Below are positions 24,171 to 36,800 of a DNA stretch of 64,000 bases, in pieces. Made by a program: the position numbers and the translations under genes. Numbering within the stretch: the stretch's first letter is position 1; each line of letters opens with the position of its first letter. Origin of the DNA: Tricharina praecox (taxonomy: Eukaryota); the NCBI RefSeq assembly GCF_024521635.1, contig NW_026250429.1, forward strand, positions 186,001 to 250,000, in the 5' to 3' direction. Below the pieces are notes generated by a model. It searched no databases. It had not been told where the DNA came from and saw nothing but the letters and a program-made list of their open reading frames with translations.

Positions 24171-25284
24171 TGCGTACCTGTTTCTGTTTTTGCTTTTGGT
24201 TGTTGTATTTCCTTTCTTTATCGGCCATAGCCTTAGTGCTCCAAGCTGTATGAACAATAAATAAATAAATAAATAAATACGGACGACCTTTTTAAGGGAC
24301 GGCGACACTGCAGGAACACAAGCACAACTTGTTAGCTGAGGACGACAAGCTTCGAGCAAAGCTCGACGTCGCGAGTTATCCCGTTTAACCCGATTACTTA
24401 GTCGGTTAGTTCTGAGCAGTGCAGTTGGTTTGGTGGATTCGGCTTATCATGTACTGACGTCAACTTTCAGGACTCGTTGTCAATTCCGGCCATGACATTT
24501 GAAGAAATGTGGGATAAGGTATGACACGCAATTGGTATACGCAATGTGGAATGAGACAGCTCGAGGATGGAAGACAGATGTGGTTCTGTAGACTGTATGG
24601 CACTGTATCTCTTGTTTTTGTTCTGTATAAACCGCCCATGTTGCCCGCTCTTTATAAATGTCAAGTAAAACAGTCGATTCAATCCCTTGTTCTACATCTC
24701 TCTCTCTCGAGTCCCTCTACCGCATCCTCTGCCCGTACGATCCGAAATACCGCACCACTTAAACGACAACATCGAAACGGAGAAGCATTTTCTCCTCTCT
24801 GAGTGCAAGCGGATCGTCACAGATGACCGTCATTCACTGCTCTCTGATACGATTGATACGGTCGAGGCGTTGGATTTCCGAAAAGGTATGTACTGGTACC
24901 GCAAATAAATACTACTGTTCTTCTATAGTATCCTGAGTTCACTTCTGCATGCCGTCCATATATCGTGTGATCACCATGTTGCCATTTATTAAGTTTGGCC
25001 AGTTCTAACTGGATGTTTAAACTGGCTCTGTACGCAGTTCGGTTCAGTGGTTCTAACAAATCTTCGAATCAGTTTGCACTGTTGGCAGGTCTGGGTTGTA
25101 CATACTTCGATGTTCAATCACAATATAGGGTGTGATAATGAACATTGAACTCGAGTGTTCACAAGTCCAGGATGAGGATATCCCAGGTGATATCTATAGC
25201 CGATGCTCTTTCGGTACCTCACGCCATCAGCCTACCTGCACGACTCCAGTCGACGTATCTACGCCTTCCAACTCTCGTCACTCA

Positions 25285-26632
25285 CCCACACGGTGGTCAA
25301 AGCACGCGATATCACTCGCCACCTACCACCGCTGCCACGATGATCGCACTGGCGCGGTCGTAAACCGTATTCCGTGCTCGCATACCCCCACAGAGCGTGC
25401 TCGCACCGTCAGCCATCACGTCGCCCGCCTCACGCCTATCCGTGCGTGCGCCGTGCGAGATCGGAGAGTGCCATGAGTCGTAGGCCATGACATGCCGTGG
25501 ACGGTGGAATCGTGGACCGCCGCTTTAGGCAACGCAACGCAACGTAGATTGCGGTATTAACTACTAGCGATACGATCCTTTCTATCGTCGCCACTCCTGC
25601 TCCGCCTCTCACCCACGACCGTCGACGGGGCGCGCTAGCTCGCTCGCTCGCGGGACATGATGATACATCTCGTCCGTACTAGGTAATACACCCACTGCTT
25701 CAAGGCTCGAATCGGCAGCGGAAGCCTCAAGCTCGAGTTTGAGCTTGAGTTCGGCCGCTTCTGGACTCTGGATACTGTACCTCCCGTGTTTGGACTGCGG
25801 TGGCGGACGGCGGTGGTGGACGTTGACGGCGACGTCAGTGAGCATCTCGCACCGCTCGCCGGTAGGTAGGTAGGCTGGAAGGCTGGAAAGTGTGGCAGGC
25901 AGGTAGGCAGGCAAACCAGCGTATGGCGTGAGCGGAAACGAAAAAGCACCGGTATGCACAGGTACAGCCTGGGGCACACGCTGCGTAGTGGGGTTGTGTT
26001 GTGTCTTTTCCCCCGCGATGGTGTTCTCAGTTTTGTCGTGCAGGCTGCAGCCTGTGCTAGGGGTTGGTGCCTACCAGAAGGCTGCGACTCTGCGAGGTTG
26101 GCTGATATGCGGCCTTCTCGTATCGTATTCTTCCATGCAGGGTGGCAGATCGGATGGATCATGGACCCTTATGCTTCGCTGCGGACCCGCAGACCTGCTG
26201 TGTAGAAACACATCTTCTCTATGTATTTCCCAGCCGAGGGCTTCAACTTTCGAACTTCGAAGCGTCTGGCTGCCTGGCTGCCTGGCTGCCACTTCGGATC
26301 CGAGGGTGTTGTGCTTCTGCGCTGGACAGTGTATGTATACGGTAGACTCTAGAGCAGTAACATTGACGCTGGACCGGACCGGACACACACGCCGATAGGT
26401 ACTGTAGAGTATGTAGCTGTAGCTGTAGCGACTCATATCTTTTATCGACGCCGTTAGATAATGATTCGCATACGTAGAGTACCCTGCGGGATCTTTTCTT
26501 TTCTTTTTCTTGTTTCGTCATCCTACGGCTGTCTATTACTGGTACTACTCTATGTTTCACGCTGCGCCCACATGACGCACGATGAGCGAACACCCGGACA
26601 GTGCACGGGGAATCACTCGGCATACTATCCCG
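25285..26632 (+). repeat. Left arm of a ~1.35 kb diverged inverted repeat
   Basis: Colinear with the reverse complement of 48240-49625. Shared blocks include CACGGTGGTCAAAGCAC, GAGTTCGGCCGCTTCTGGACTCTGGATAC, GCCACTTCGGATCCGAGGGTGTTGTGCTTCTGCGCTGGAC and ACTCTATGTTTCACGCTGCGCCCACATGACGCACGATGAG. Confidence 0.93.
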
Positions 26633-28432
26633 TGGTGGTGTTGGAATAATAGAGTAAGATGTGGTGGTGAACAGTGTAGTATTGAAGTATGAGGCTGTAG
26701 CCTTTTGAGAACAGAAGATATATGGGAATAGGACTAAAAGCCCGTGCCTTCTACCATGACTAATCTAGACAGATATTGCAACAGATGGGTCGGTTGCGGT
26801 TCATGGAATCATGGGGAGTCACCCATCCGTGCAGGCCGTACGTGTGGAGGAGGATGATGACAGCGGGCGCGGACGCGGATACACATTCTAATTACAGCTG
26901 TGGCCCTGTGGGTCGAGGGATCCACCCAGGTACTCGTACATAAGCCCCTCATGCTGGAGCCTGGGATCAGGTATGTGTCTTATACGGTTTACTGGCTCAG
27001 ACGAGGTGCTGTGTCCCCTCCCCACCACCACTGGCAGGCACGACGGTCATCTGATCTCAACTACGGAATTATAGTCACTGTACTACAGTCTACCTATAGA
27101 TATTCTCCCGCCTCGGCCACCGAAGATGGTGGAATGCCATCAGCCATCCCCAATTGCAGCTTCATATTCGTCCGTATCGGGGCTTTCCCCTGATCGACCT
27201 CGAATCCGGCGAGTTGGCGACCCGCCAGCCAGTCATACTCATACTCATACTCATGCCGGCTGACAACTAGATGTCCAGAACGATCTCCCCAGATCCCACG
27301 TCCCAACACGATCACCCCCGGCACGCAGTGCCGGTGTCAGTATCGGTCAAACGAATCTCTCCGACGTCGCGTCGTTCAAACTTCAAACTTCACGCCAAAC
27401 ATAGCACAATCCGATTCTGCGAGTTTTCATTCGGCCTGGGGTGGGTTGCACGCACAAACACTGTAGGTACCTATATAGTAGTATTGCAATCTACCCATCG
27501 ATCTCCCTGTCGGTGGGTATTCAAACTTCTTCGATCGGATTGAGCGACGAGAAAAGTTTCCGTAGAACCGGCCAAGCCCGCTGGCTGATACGGTGATACC
27601 GTGCTCGGCACCACACAGGCTGCGATCGACGGAGGTGAAGGTACCCAGGGTTAGTGAGCAGCGGACGTCATAGCAAGCAGTAGGTAGCCAGCCAGCCAAC
27701 CAGTGCACCACCACTCACCCACCGCGTCACGGCCCTGGTGCGTTGTCACGACTCACAACGCAGCTCACTCCTACTCCTCCTCCGACGAAGTTTGACGTCG
27801 GGGACGCTGCAGGCCGTATGTACGGATCGGGCGCTGTGCGGTTCTCGCTTCCCCTGATCGCCAGCTGTTTAAACTTTGAGTTTCCCCTGCCGATCACCCC
27901 CCCAGTTCGTTTTTTTCCCAACCGGCGAGTCGGCGACCGTCATCGTGGTCGTGGTCGTGGTCGCGGTCGTGGCTTTGGCCGTGACTTGTCGACTGGGGAC
28001 GGAAGGGGAAGGGGCGAGGTGGGGATCGGAGGTGAGTGACTGGTCGAGACTCGGATCGGCGGGAGACGTCAACTCGTCGACTTGACCGTAACTAGTTAGT
28101 AGCTGCTGTGGTTACGTCATAGCCACTCTTCCGCAAACCGGTTCGCGATCGACGTGGATGATGGATGATGATGAAACCTCTCCGACGCGCAGCGTCGCAG
28201 GCTGCAGCAAACAGATCCGCCAGCGGCCGTCGCCAACGCCGCAACGCCGCTGCGCTTCGAGGGTTCGTCGCCGCGTAGACACGCTCGCTGGAGAACGACG
28301 CCGGGGGTGAAGGGGTGATCGTCGCGCTTGTCGAAGTACCTACCTACCGTACTCGGTGTACGCTGCACTGCGCTACGCTCCTGCTGCTGCGTTTACCTTG
28401 ACCACATTGACAACTGCCGACCGCTCCTTCGT

Positions 28433-28491
28433 CGCTCGGTGGATCGCTCGGTGGATCGCTCGGTGGATCGCTCGGTGGATCGCTCGGTGGA
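28433..28491. repeat. 12-bp tandem repeat (CGCTCGGTGGAT) x~5
   Basis: Directly visible. Confidence 0.9.
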
Positions 28492-31400
28492 GGTCGCGAC
28501 GTGGTATGTGTGTGGGGGAGGGGGAGGGGGAGGGGGCCCGCCAAGCATCGCTGCCTGCCGGCACAGACAGACACAGACGCAGTGCGAACGCTGAATCCTG
28601 ACACGTCCCCGATGCGAATTGAAATGTTTATTCGTGCCTATGCTCATGCCGATGCTGATGCTCATGCGTGGAGTGCAGCAAAGCACAGCACAGCGCGCCG
28701 CATTCCTCGCTCCCTCCCCCGCTCCCTCCCGACGAGCCGGCGTGCGGCGGCGGCGGGCGCCAAGTGTACTGGTACTGTGTCGTCCCTTCCCCGGCGAAAA
28801 AACGGAAAGGACGACATGGGCGCCGAAGCGATTGCTGGGTCCGGGGTCTACATATGCAAGCTGCAGCTACGGCCCGATCGGTTTTACCGCGGGGGAGAGA
28901 TAGCTGCCGTATCCAAGTGGAAACTCTGCATACGTGGTGTGCGGAAGGCGGGGATGGGTGCCTATCTGGACTCTGGAGTAGAGAGTGGAGTGGATAGTTA
29001 CCGTACCTAGTAGCTACGGGTTGAACACATATCATAGGTTATGTAGGTTTGTAGATCAATGCATCTAGTCTAGCTGAAGAGAAAGAACGAAAGAGAAGAA
29101 GAAAACTTCTTCTGTTCCGGCCAATTACCTAGACAACGGAAGTAGGTCTCTACCTACACCTATGAGGATTCGAGTTCGCAAGTGGGGGCCGGCCAAGCTG
29201 GTGGATGCCACTGAAGGGAGGTGGGGAAACCACTGGCTGGGGATACGAACAAGTGGCCACGGACGAGCTCAGCTTCACTACCTAGAGTCTAGATACTCCC
29301 ACTGCGCGTTTGCCAACGGCCGCTGTTCCCCCCGCCCCCCGCATCAAGAACACTATGTACGTACTCTACAGTAACTTACATACGTAAGCAGGTCCCGCCG
29401 TCCCGGCCTGCGTTCCGTCCGCTCGTTTATCCGTTCGCTCGTTGGTTCAAGCAAGCTTATCGATTGTTTTGCAGTACGTACCTACCCACTTCCACTTACT
29501 GCTTACCTACATATGCACCTATGCATATGATATGTGTACATACCACGGGTGGTTGAGGAACAGAATTTTTCATCCGTTTTTTCACGCGGGTGCAGCAGTG
29601 GTGGTGAAGGTTTTGCTTTGCTTTGCGTGGCGGACGAGGCATTTGATACCGGCTCGAACACCGGTACGTCACTCGGTGCAACGGTGCCGACTCCGGGGGC
29701 GGCCGGTCGGAAGTACGTCCGGCGATTTGGTTCGCTGGTTCGCTGGTGGTTCGCTGGTGGTTCGCTGGTCGGGCGGTGGAGATTAACGATCTTCGGGAAA
29801 CAGGTAGGGATCTCGGAAGATGCCTTTGCAATGTACATCCATCGCCGCTGTTCGGGTGAGATGATGGATGGGGCAAACGGGGATGGCTACTATAGAGTAC
29901 TCTACATACTCTACATGGTCATGAATGCATGGAGAAACCGCTGAAAGATAAAGATAACAAACAGGCCACTGGCGGACCACAGGCCGCGGACCACAGGGGG
30001 GAGGGGGAGGGGGAGGTTGTTATCACTATCACTATCACGACATTCATCACACATCACGGAGAACAGAACAAAGTCTGCAAGCCCTGTAGACTCCAGAGAG
30101 GATAAGCGCCCATCCCCCCCGTCCCAGCGAGTGCGATCCCATGTCGCGCACGCGCGCCGCGCATTGCCAGCAAACTCAATCTCACTCCCCACGCAAAGTC
30201 AACAGAGCTCGGTAAAACAGCATCCGATTTCTTCCCTCCCCCCCCCTTCCCCCCGTCCTTCCCCCACACCCCCGCGGCAACGGCAACGGCAATATGTAGC
30301 AGGCAGGCAGAATCCCATCCATCTACATACGCTGGCTGGCTGGCTGGCTGGCTGGCTGCAAGAACCCACGCATCGCAGCGCATCGCATCGCAGCGGGCGG
30401 AGCGGGCTGCGGAGCGGACCTCCACACTCCGCTCATTCATTATTTTCGCTGCAAGAGACGGTGCGCTACCTACCCGAACGACTCGGAATGCTCCTCGATA
30501 TCGGGGCCAATCGCAACGGTCCCGTCAGCGGCGGCGGCGGCGATGGGTTTGGTAAGTCGTATGGAAAGGAGAGGAGGAAGATGAAAAAGAAGAGAAGAAG
30601 ATGAAGAGCAGCAGCAGCAGCTACCCGCGGCCCGCACTACATACCTAGAGTAGAGTACTTGCCGGCATCTGAAGAGTGAAGAGTGAAGACTAGATCCAGA
30701 CCCAGACCCAGACCGAGAATGTATAACGGCCTGCTGCATGGAGGTACTTGGGTAAGGTACCTGCTGGGGCCTGGGTAATAGGTATCGTCGTTCCCGTAGT
30801 CTGTAGAAGAGTCGAGTACCTACTATACCGTACCCTGTCAACACGACTCTCTAATGTCTATACCCAGTACCTACCTTATACCCGTACCGGCGCACCGATA
30901 GATACATATCGTGTATGGTAAGGAAAATCGAGCCACGGAGCCACGGAGTCGAGTCATCATTCTCATCCGACTTTTTTTCCTACCATTTTTCTCCGCGCAA
31001 TGCGCTGGCCATCCATACATCCATCCATACACCAATCTAGAGTACCAATCCATCCATCGATCATCCCACCTCCCCCCAAAAGGGCCAAAGGCTCTTTCTC
31101 AATCGATCCGGATCCCAACCTACCGTACCGTACCGGTGGTCTACGTACGACGCAGGTCCGTATTGCGCAAATAACTAGGCGGAGGAGGAGGCTGAGGGAG
31201 ATGGAGGGGGGAGACCCCAACGAATAATCACCGGACCTATCCCCATCCATTCATGATTCCCCGCAAAACACCGAACGTTCCGATAGTTTACCTAGTTAGT
31301 GGCTGGTGGGGTGAGCACTGAGGGGTGTGTGGAGAGTAAATACCTACTCGGGGTATCTATGTAGATACCAGGAGTGGTGGTGGTGATGGTGGTATGTACT

Positions 31401-32741
31401 CTACACCACGTTCTCGAAGCCGGCTCGAAACCCGCGCGCCGCGCCGTGAGGTGACGTGCGTCAGCTGGTCCATGATCTTCCAAGTTCCAGCTCGAGCGAG
31501 CGAGTTCATCCGCGAGTTCATCGATATCGAAGGATCCGCGTCTTCTAGAAGCCTGAACCCTTCAGTGAAGCCTCGGAGGCCGCCGAGGCGTCACGGGGAC
31601 TTGGGGGCGGGGGAGTGTCCGAGTGTGTGTGGCTGTGAAAAGGCAAAGGTGGTGTGGTCACGGCTCACTGTGGTGTCGCGTCGCGGGGAGTCGGGGAGTC
31701 GGGGAGTCGTGGAGTCGGGGGCGGACGGAGGTGCCCAGCCGACGGATGGATGGATGGATGGATGGATGGATGGATGGATGGATGGATGGACGGATGGATG
31801 GGATATGGATGGACTCGTGGGGTAAAGACGAGCTGGTGACAGTGCTGGTGGTGGTGGTGGTGGTGGTGTAGGACGGGCAACCCGAGATGGTGGGACGAGA
31901 TGGGACGAGCATGAGCGGATGATGCTTCGATGCTTCGATGCTTCGACCATCACATCTGTCGACTGTCGCTCATGCTCGAAACGGGGAGGCGAGGCTTGGA
32001 TGTCGGATGGAAAACAAGATCTCTGAGCTAAATGTTTATGTTTCCCGCGCGCCTGCCTGTTTGGCTGCCTATCTGCCTCGTGGAGAAACCACCAGGCTGG
32101 GATGGGATGAGCCTGGATGGGATGGGGTGGGCTGGGGCGGGGATGGCCCATGGGGATGGGGGGAATTCGAAATCAAACCGGTGTTGGAGTAATAGAGTGC
32201 CGCATCTACTCCAGACTCCAGAGTCTATTACAGTACTACCCCACACTTTCCTTCAAACCCCCCATCGTAATGAAATAAGGTAGAGTGGAGTAGAGTGGAG
32301 AAATCGAACGCTGAACGTCCGATCCACGATCCAGGAACTTTCGCCCGTCCCCGTCCACGACCTCAACCTCACCTTTCCCCATCCACGACATATTGCGTAC
32401 ACGAATCCACCAGCACCATCCAGCCATGACCATCGTGAAAGTGAAGCTGCACTTGCGTGCTGGCATTCTGGCTGGACCGCGAACTGGGAATAGAGTAGAG
32501 TATTTACCGTAGAGTGGAGCCGCTCATGTCGGCAGAACCAGAACCAGAACACAAAAAATCTCACGATCATCCTCATCTCACACCGAAACCCTCAAACCGT
32601 CGGGTCGACAGTCGGATCGTCGGTTTTCCAGGAGCGCTGGGAGCGCTGGGAGGGCTGGAGATCGGGGAGCTCCTCCCAACGATCGTAAAAATTTTCAGCG
32701 GGGGGGGGGGGGGTGAGGTCGTACATAACTCTACTGGCTGC

Positions 32742-32800
32742 TGGCTTTGGCTTTGGCTTTGGCTTTGGCTTTGGCTTTGGCTTTGGCTTTGGCTTTGGCT
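32742..32800. repeat. (TGGCTT)n hexanucleotide microsatellite
   Basis: About 9 perfect copies. Confidence 0.95.
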
Positions 32801-33787
32801 CTGCCCGACCAGTAGTCTGTAGATGCACCATGGCACGGCAACCAGCAGTCGTACACGCCCACCGTACATACCGGCACTCTCGTTGCGGAATGATTCCCCT
32901 TCCACGCTCCCCTCCGCAGCTCCCCTCCGCAGCTTTGCAGCTCTGCTTCCCGGGAAAGAAAAAAAAAGGCATAAAAAGGACACCGTTAACCAACTATCTG
33001 CCGGAACGAGCATGGCATTGGTATGAACTAGAGTAGATACGTCAACATGCAGCCGGCTGGTCGATCAGGAAAAGAAAAGGCAAAAGAAAAAGAAAAAACA
33101 ATTAAAAGGAAAAAACAAATGATGGGGTAAAAAAAATTGAGCGAGCGAGCGAGCTTGATTCAATCGGAGGCTATTTTTCTCCGTGCGTGTGTGTGTGTGA
33201 GGGGGAGGAGGAGGGTGTCGACTCGGTTGTCGGTCCAGTCGTTGTCGAAGTCGCGGATGTGGATGTGGTGGATGTGGAACATTTGTTGTTGTTGCGAAGC
33301 CGACCGGCCGACCAACCGGCCGGCTCGATTCGGGCTAACTGACTACGTCGTGGCCGTTGAGTGCTGCCAGCAGAGCCAGCCAGCGAGATGGACTCCTGAC
33401 AAGCATCGACCGTCGACCGTGGAAACCAGTTCAGGCACCCACCAACACCAGCGTTTACCTAAGAAGTATGTATGCTTGGTGCGCCTGCGATGAACCACGA
33501 ATCTGTTCGTTTTCATTCGGAAGTATGCACATGGTGACTTATGTATGTACACGGTTCGGAGTTAACTTTTAAGTTAGTTACCTCTGAAGGGGATAAACCC
33601 ACCGCCGGTCCGAAGTTTCTACTCTATTCTAATGCGCTCGACGCTTTCTTTACATATTCGCCGGCGCCGGCTTTGTCATTCCGAGAAGATGACGGACTGA
33701 CAGACGTACGGACGGATGGATGGGGGTTGTTCCTGCGGAATTCGGAAGTCAAAGTCATGGATGATGATGGTGATGATGGTGATGATG

Positions 33788-33819
<32 letters not shown>

Positions 33820-36800
33820 GAGAGCATTGGCGGGCGTGCGGGCCCATCATCGAAGCCCCCAGAAAGAATGCTCTGTCCTCTCCGCTCCTCTCCGCAGTTG
33901 GAGTAATACGCATAGGTACGCATACGCATACGCATGCTGTAGGCAGGTAAGCGGACCGCCGGCCGCCTAGGAACTCTACATATGTACTCCAAGTTACCGC
34001 AGTCCACCGTACTCTACCGTTCTCTAGTTGTGGTAGCCAGTCTCACCGCCGCTTTTGGTGGGTAGTTATCGGCATTGCCATCTTGTACCTACCCCCCGCG
34101 GCCTAGAGTAGGAGTGGGTGTTAGCCAGGTGGGAAAGCGGAAATAGGGAGAGCAGCTCAGCAGAGGAAAAAAACAACAACGAAGACGACGACGCTGGACT
34201 GGGCTGTGCCTTACGCCTATGTAGAGCTCGGTGCTCGGAGCTGCAGGCTGGGTATACATATTGGCTATACTGACTATGGTAGTACTACGGAGATCTCGAG
34301 AAAAAATCCCAGAATGTACATATTCGTGATTCATCGGCGCTGTCGGTAGATGGATTGCTGGGGAATACCGCATGTATGTATGTACCAGTACATACCGGTC
34401 ATACTGTAATGCGCTGTGCGGCACAGTTCGTGGTAGGTATCCGCGACCTACCTGCCTTTGTACCTACCTGGGTACATGCCTTTATGGTCATCCCGGATCG
34501 GCAATAGCTACTCTGGTTACTCGATGGCGGGGCTGCAGTGTGCAGTTTTAGGTAAGAAGTTCTCCGGGGCTCGAGATCTTTGTATGGACGGACGGTAGGT
34601 ATGCATAATTCTTGGACCCGTGGACGAGTTGATCGGTGGAATTATTCGCACACACGTGTGACGGGACTTGGCCTTTTGCTCTTTCATTCCATCGAGCAAG
34701 CCTCCGTGAGTCCGTGATACCGGTACCGGTATTTGTTGCATTTTCTTCTTCCCTCCGGAGTCCGAGGTAGGTAGGTAGCCTTCCACATTCCGTCTGGAAG
34801 AGTATGTACCTACTCGAGTACCTACCCAAGTACCTATGATATGTAGGTCGGTGAATATCTTATACGGTACATACACATGTAGAAAAGCTTCGTCCAGCAA
34901 AGCCGCACCATTAGTTATGTACATATCCGAACGGGTATGTACTAGGTGCCTAGCACTTGGCAACACGGCTGTTACTGATAGTTATGCACACGAGGCACCC
35001 GGCCTTGACTCTTGAGACCGTGAAGATCAACGACCGACCACGGGGGCGCTTTCCCGTTCCGGATTATCTAGTTAGTTGGGCTAGGTTGTCACTAACAACG
35101 GAAGGGCTGTGGAAGGGCTGTGAGGCTGGAAGGGCTGTGGAAGGGCTATGGAAGGCTTTTAGCGAGGCGAGGCGGTGGTGGGCGGGCTGAAAGGCTGGCG
35201 GAGGAAGGGAGCATGACTGGTTATGGGATACGCATCGAGGGAAGAAACAGAATGCTCATGTTCGACTAACTATCTTCAAGTTCTCCGTGGCGTTCAGTAC
35301 TCTATCCAGCATCACGGAAACTCCGCCCTTATACTAGATAGTAGTAGACCGTGGCAGCAGAACAGAATATTGAAGAGTATCATGGTACTAGGTAGTAGGC
35401 ACTAGTTAGTAGGTACGCCTCTCTGCTGCGCCTTCAAGTTTCAACTTTTAACTTCGGGAGGAGCCCTGGACTCCCGGAGTCCCGGACGGCGTGCGGCGTG
35501 CGCAGCTCGGAAGCTATATACTCAGCCTACATATTCGCGGCCCGCTAAAATCTCCTATCTAGCAGGCTATGTACTACTAGTATTATCGTATAGACAGAGT
35601 ATGAACCCCTTGGGCCTTGGGTGAGCGGTGGCACAGTTTTCGCCCTGTTCGAGATATCGGATGTACGAGGTTTGGGTCCGGTTGCTTCAAGCTCGTACGA
35701 GTCTGCGAGGTTGCAAATAATCGATGGGTTCATTGGAGCCTCGAACTTGGGGCTAACTAGCCTATCCTCGAGGTAGGTATGCATAATGTGTGTGTGCGGC
35801 AATACCGATTATGTATTACCACACGGTACACAACTACCGTCGACCTCGAACTTGAACTTGACGGACGGGCCTTTGGCTTTGCATGTACGGTAGTTACAGA
35901 GCAGCAGCAGCAGCAGCTAAAGCCGTGCTGCCGTGGTCGTAGTCGTAATCGTGGAGAAGGTAAGGGTGATAATTTTATACCCAGGGGCCGGCTGTTGTGC
36001 GGAGCCGTGGAGCAGGCCTGAGGCATGATTAGAGTCATCCGGATCCCGCCCCATTGTCCGATCAAGTGTGCAGCGACGACGACCACCATCGAATGTCGGT
36101 CACATGATATGCTTTTTGGATATACCTATCGGTACTCCAGCTCTGAGCTCACGGTTTGAGCCTTCAAGATGGCGGAAGCTATGTACACTGTGCATATTCC
36201 CACGGACCATGGCCACGGTATGAGCTGAGCAGCATTAGGGTTGCTATCAAGCTACATACGTGAGCTGCAACCAAGAAGTTGGTTGGTACGGTAGACCAAC
36301 ACGTTCGAGGTCCTTGGAGACGAGAAGCGGGAACTTGGAGGCGAGCGGATCGGAGCTACCGTAAGTTCGTAACCTTAAACCGAGGAGTGGCCGATAAATC
36401 TTCAATCAACGCACAGACTCACTCTGGCCAGATTCGGGGAGTTGATGGTCAAAGTTGTGTACGTACTAGTAGTTGAAGGAAGCCACGGGAAGGGAGAATG
36501 GAATATGTCCAGCCGCGGGATTCACGTCACCGTACGATTGCGTATATAAAGGACGCCCCGGCGGAGAGACAATGAGACATGCACCGCCGAGGACTCAGGG
36601 CTGAGACAGTGGAATCGTGTGCCGTGGGGTTGTTGCTCTACGTACTCGATGCTTGAGTAGATCTAGAGCACTCAACTGAGTGAAATACCCGCATATCTAG
36701 AACATCCAGAGCATCTAGAACGTCCAGAACATCGACGAGAATACTATATAAATAGTGGCAACTGTGCAGTGTGCACGGTTTCCGGCGCGCATCTGTTCGT

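Noticed and set aside
24350..24412. Short hairpins followed by TTAGT as a Helitron 3' end
   Set aside because: Stems are short or imperfect and the terminus is not canonical CTRR; cannot be supported without other copies.
25609..26436. ORFs within the inverted-repeat arms as a transposase or duplicated gene
   Set aside because: Frames are not maintained between the two arms (many indels), and there are no transposase motifs.
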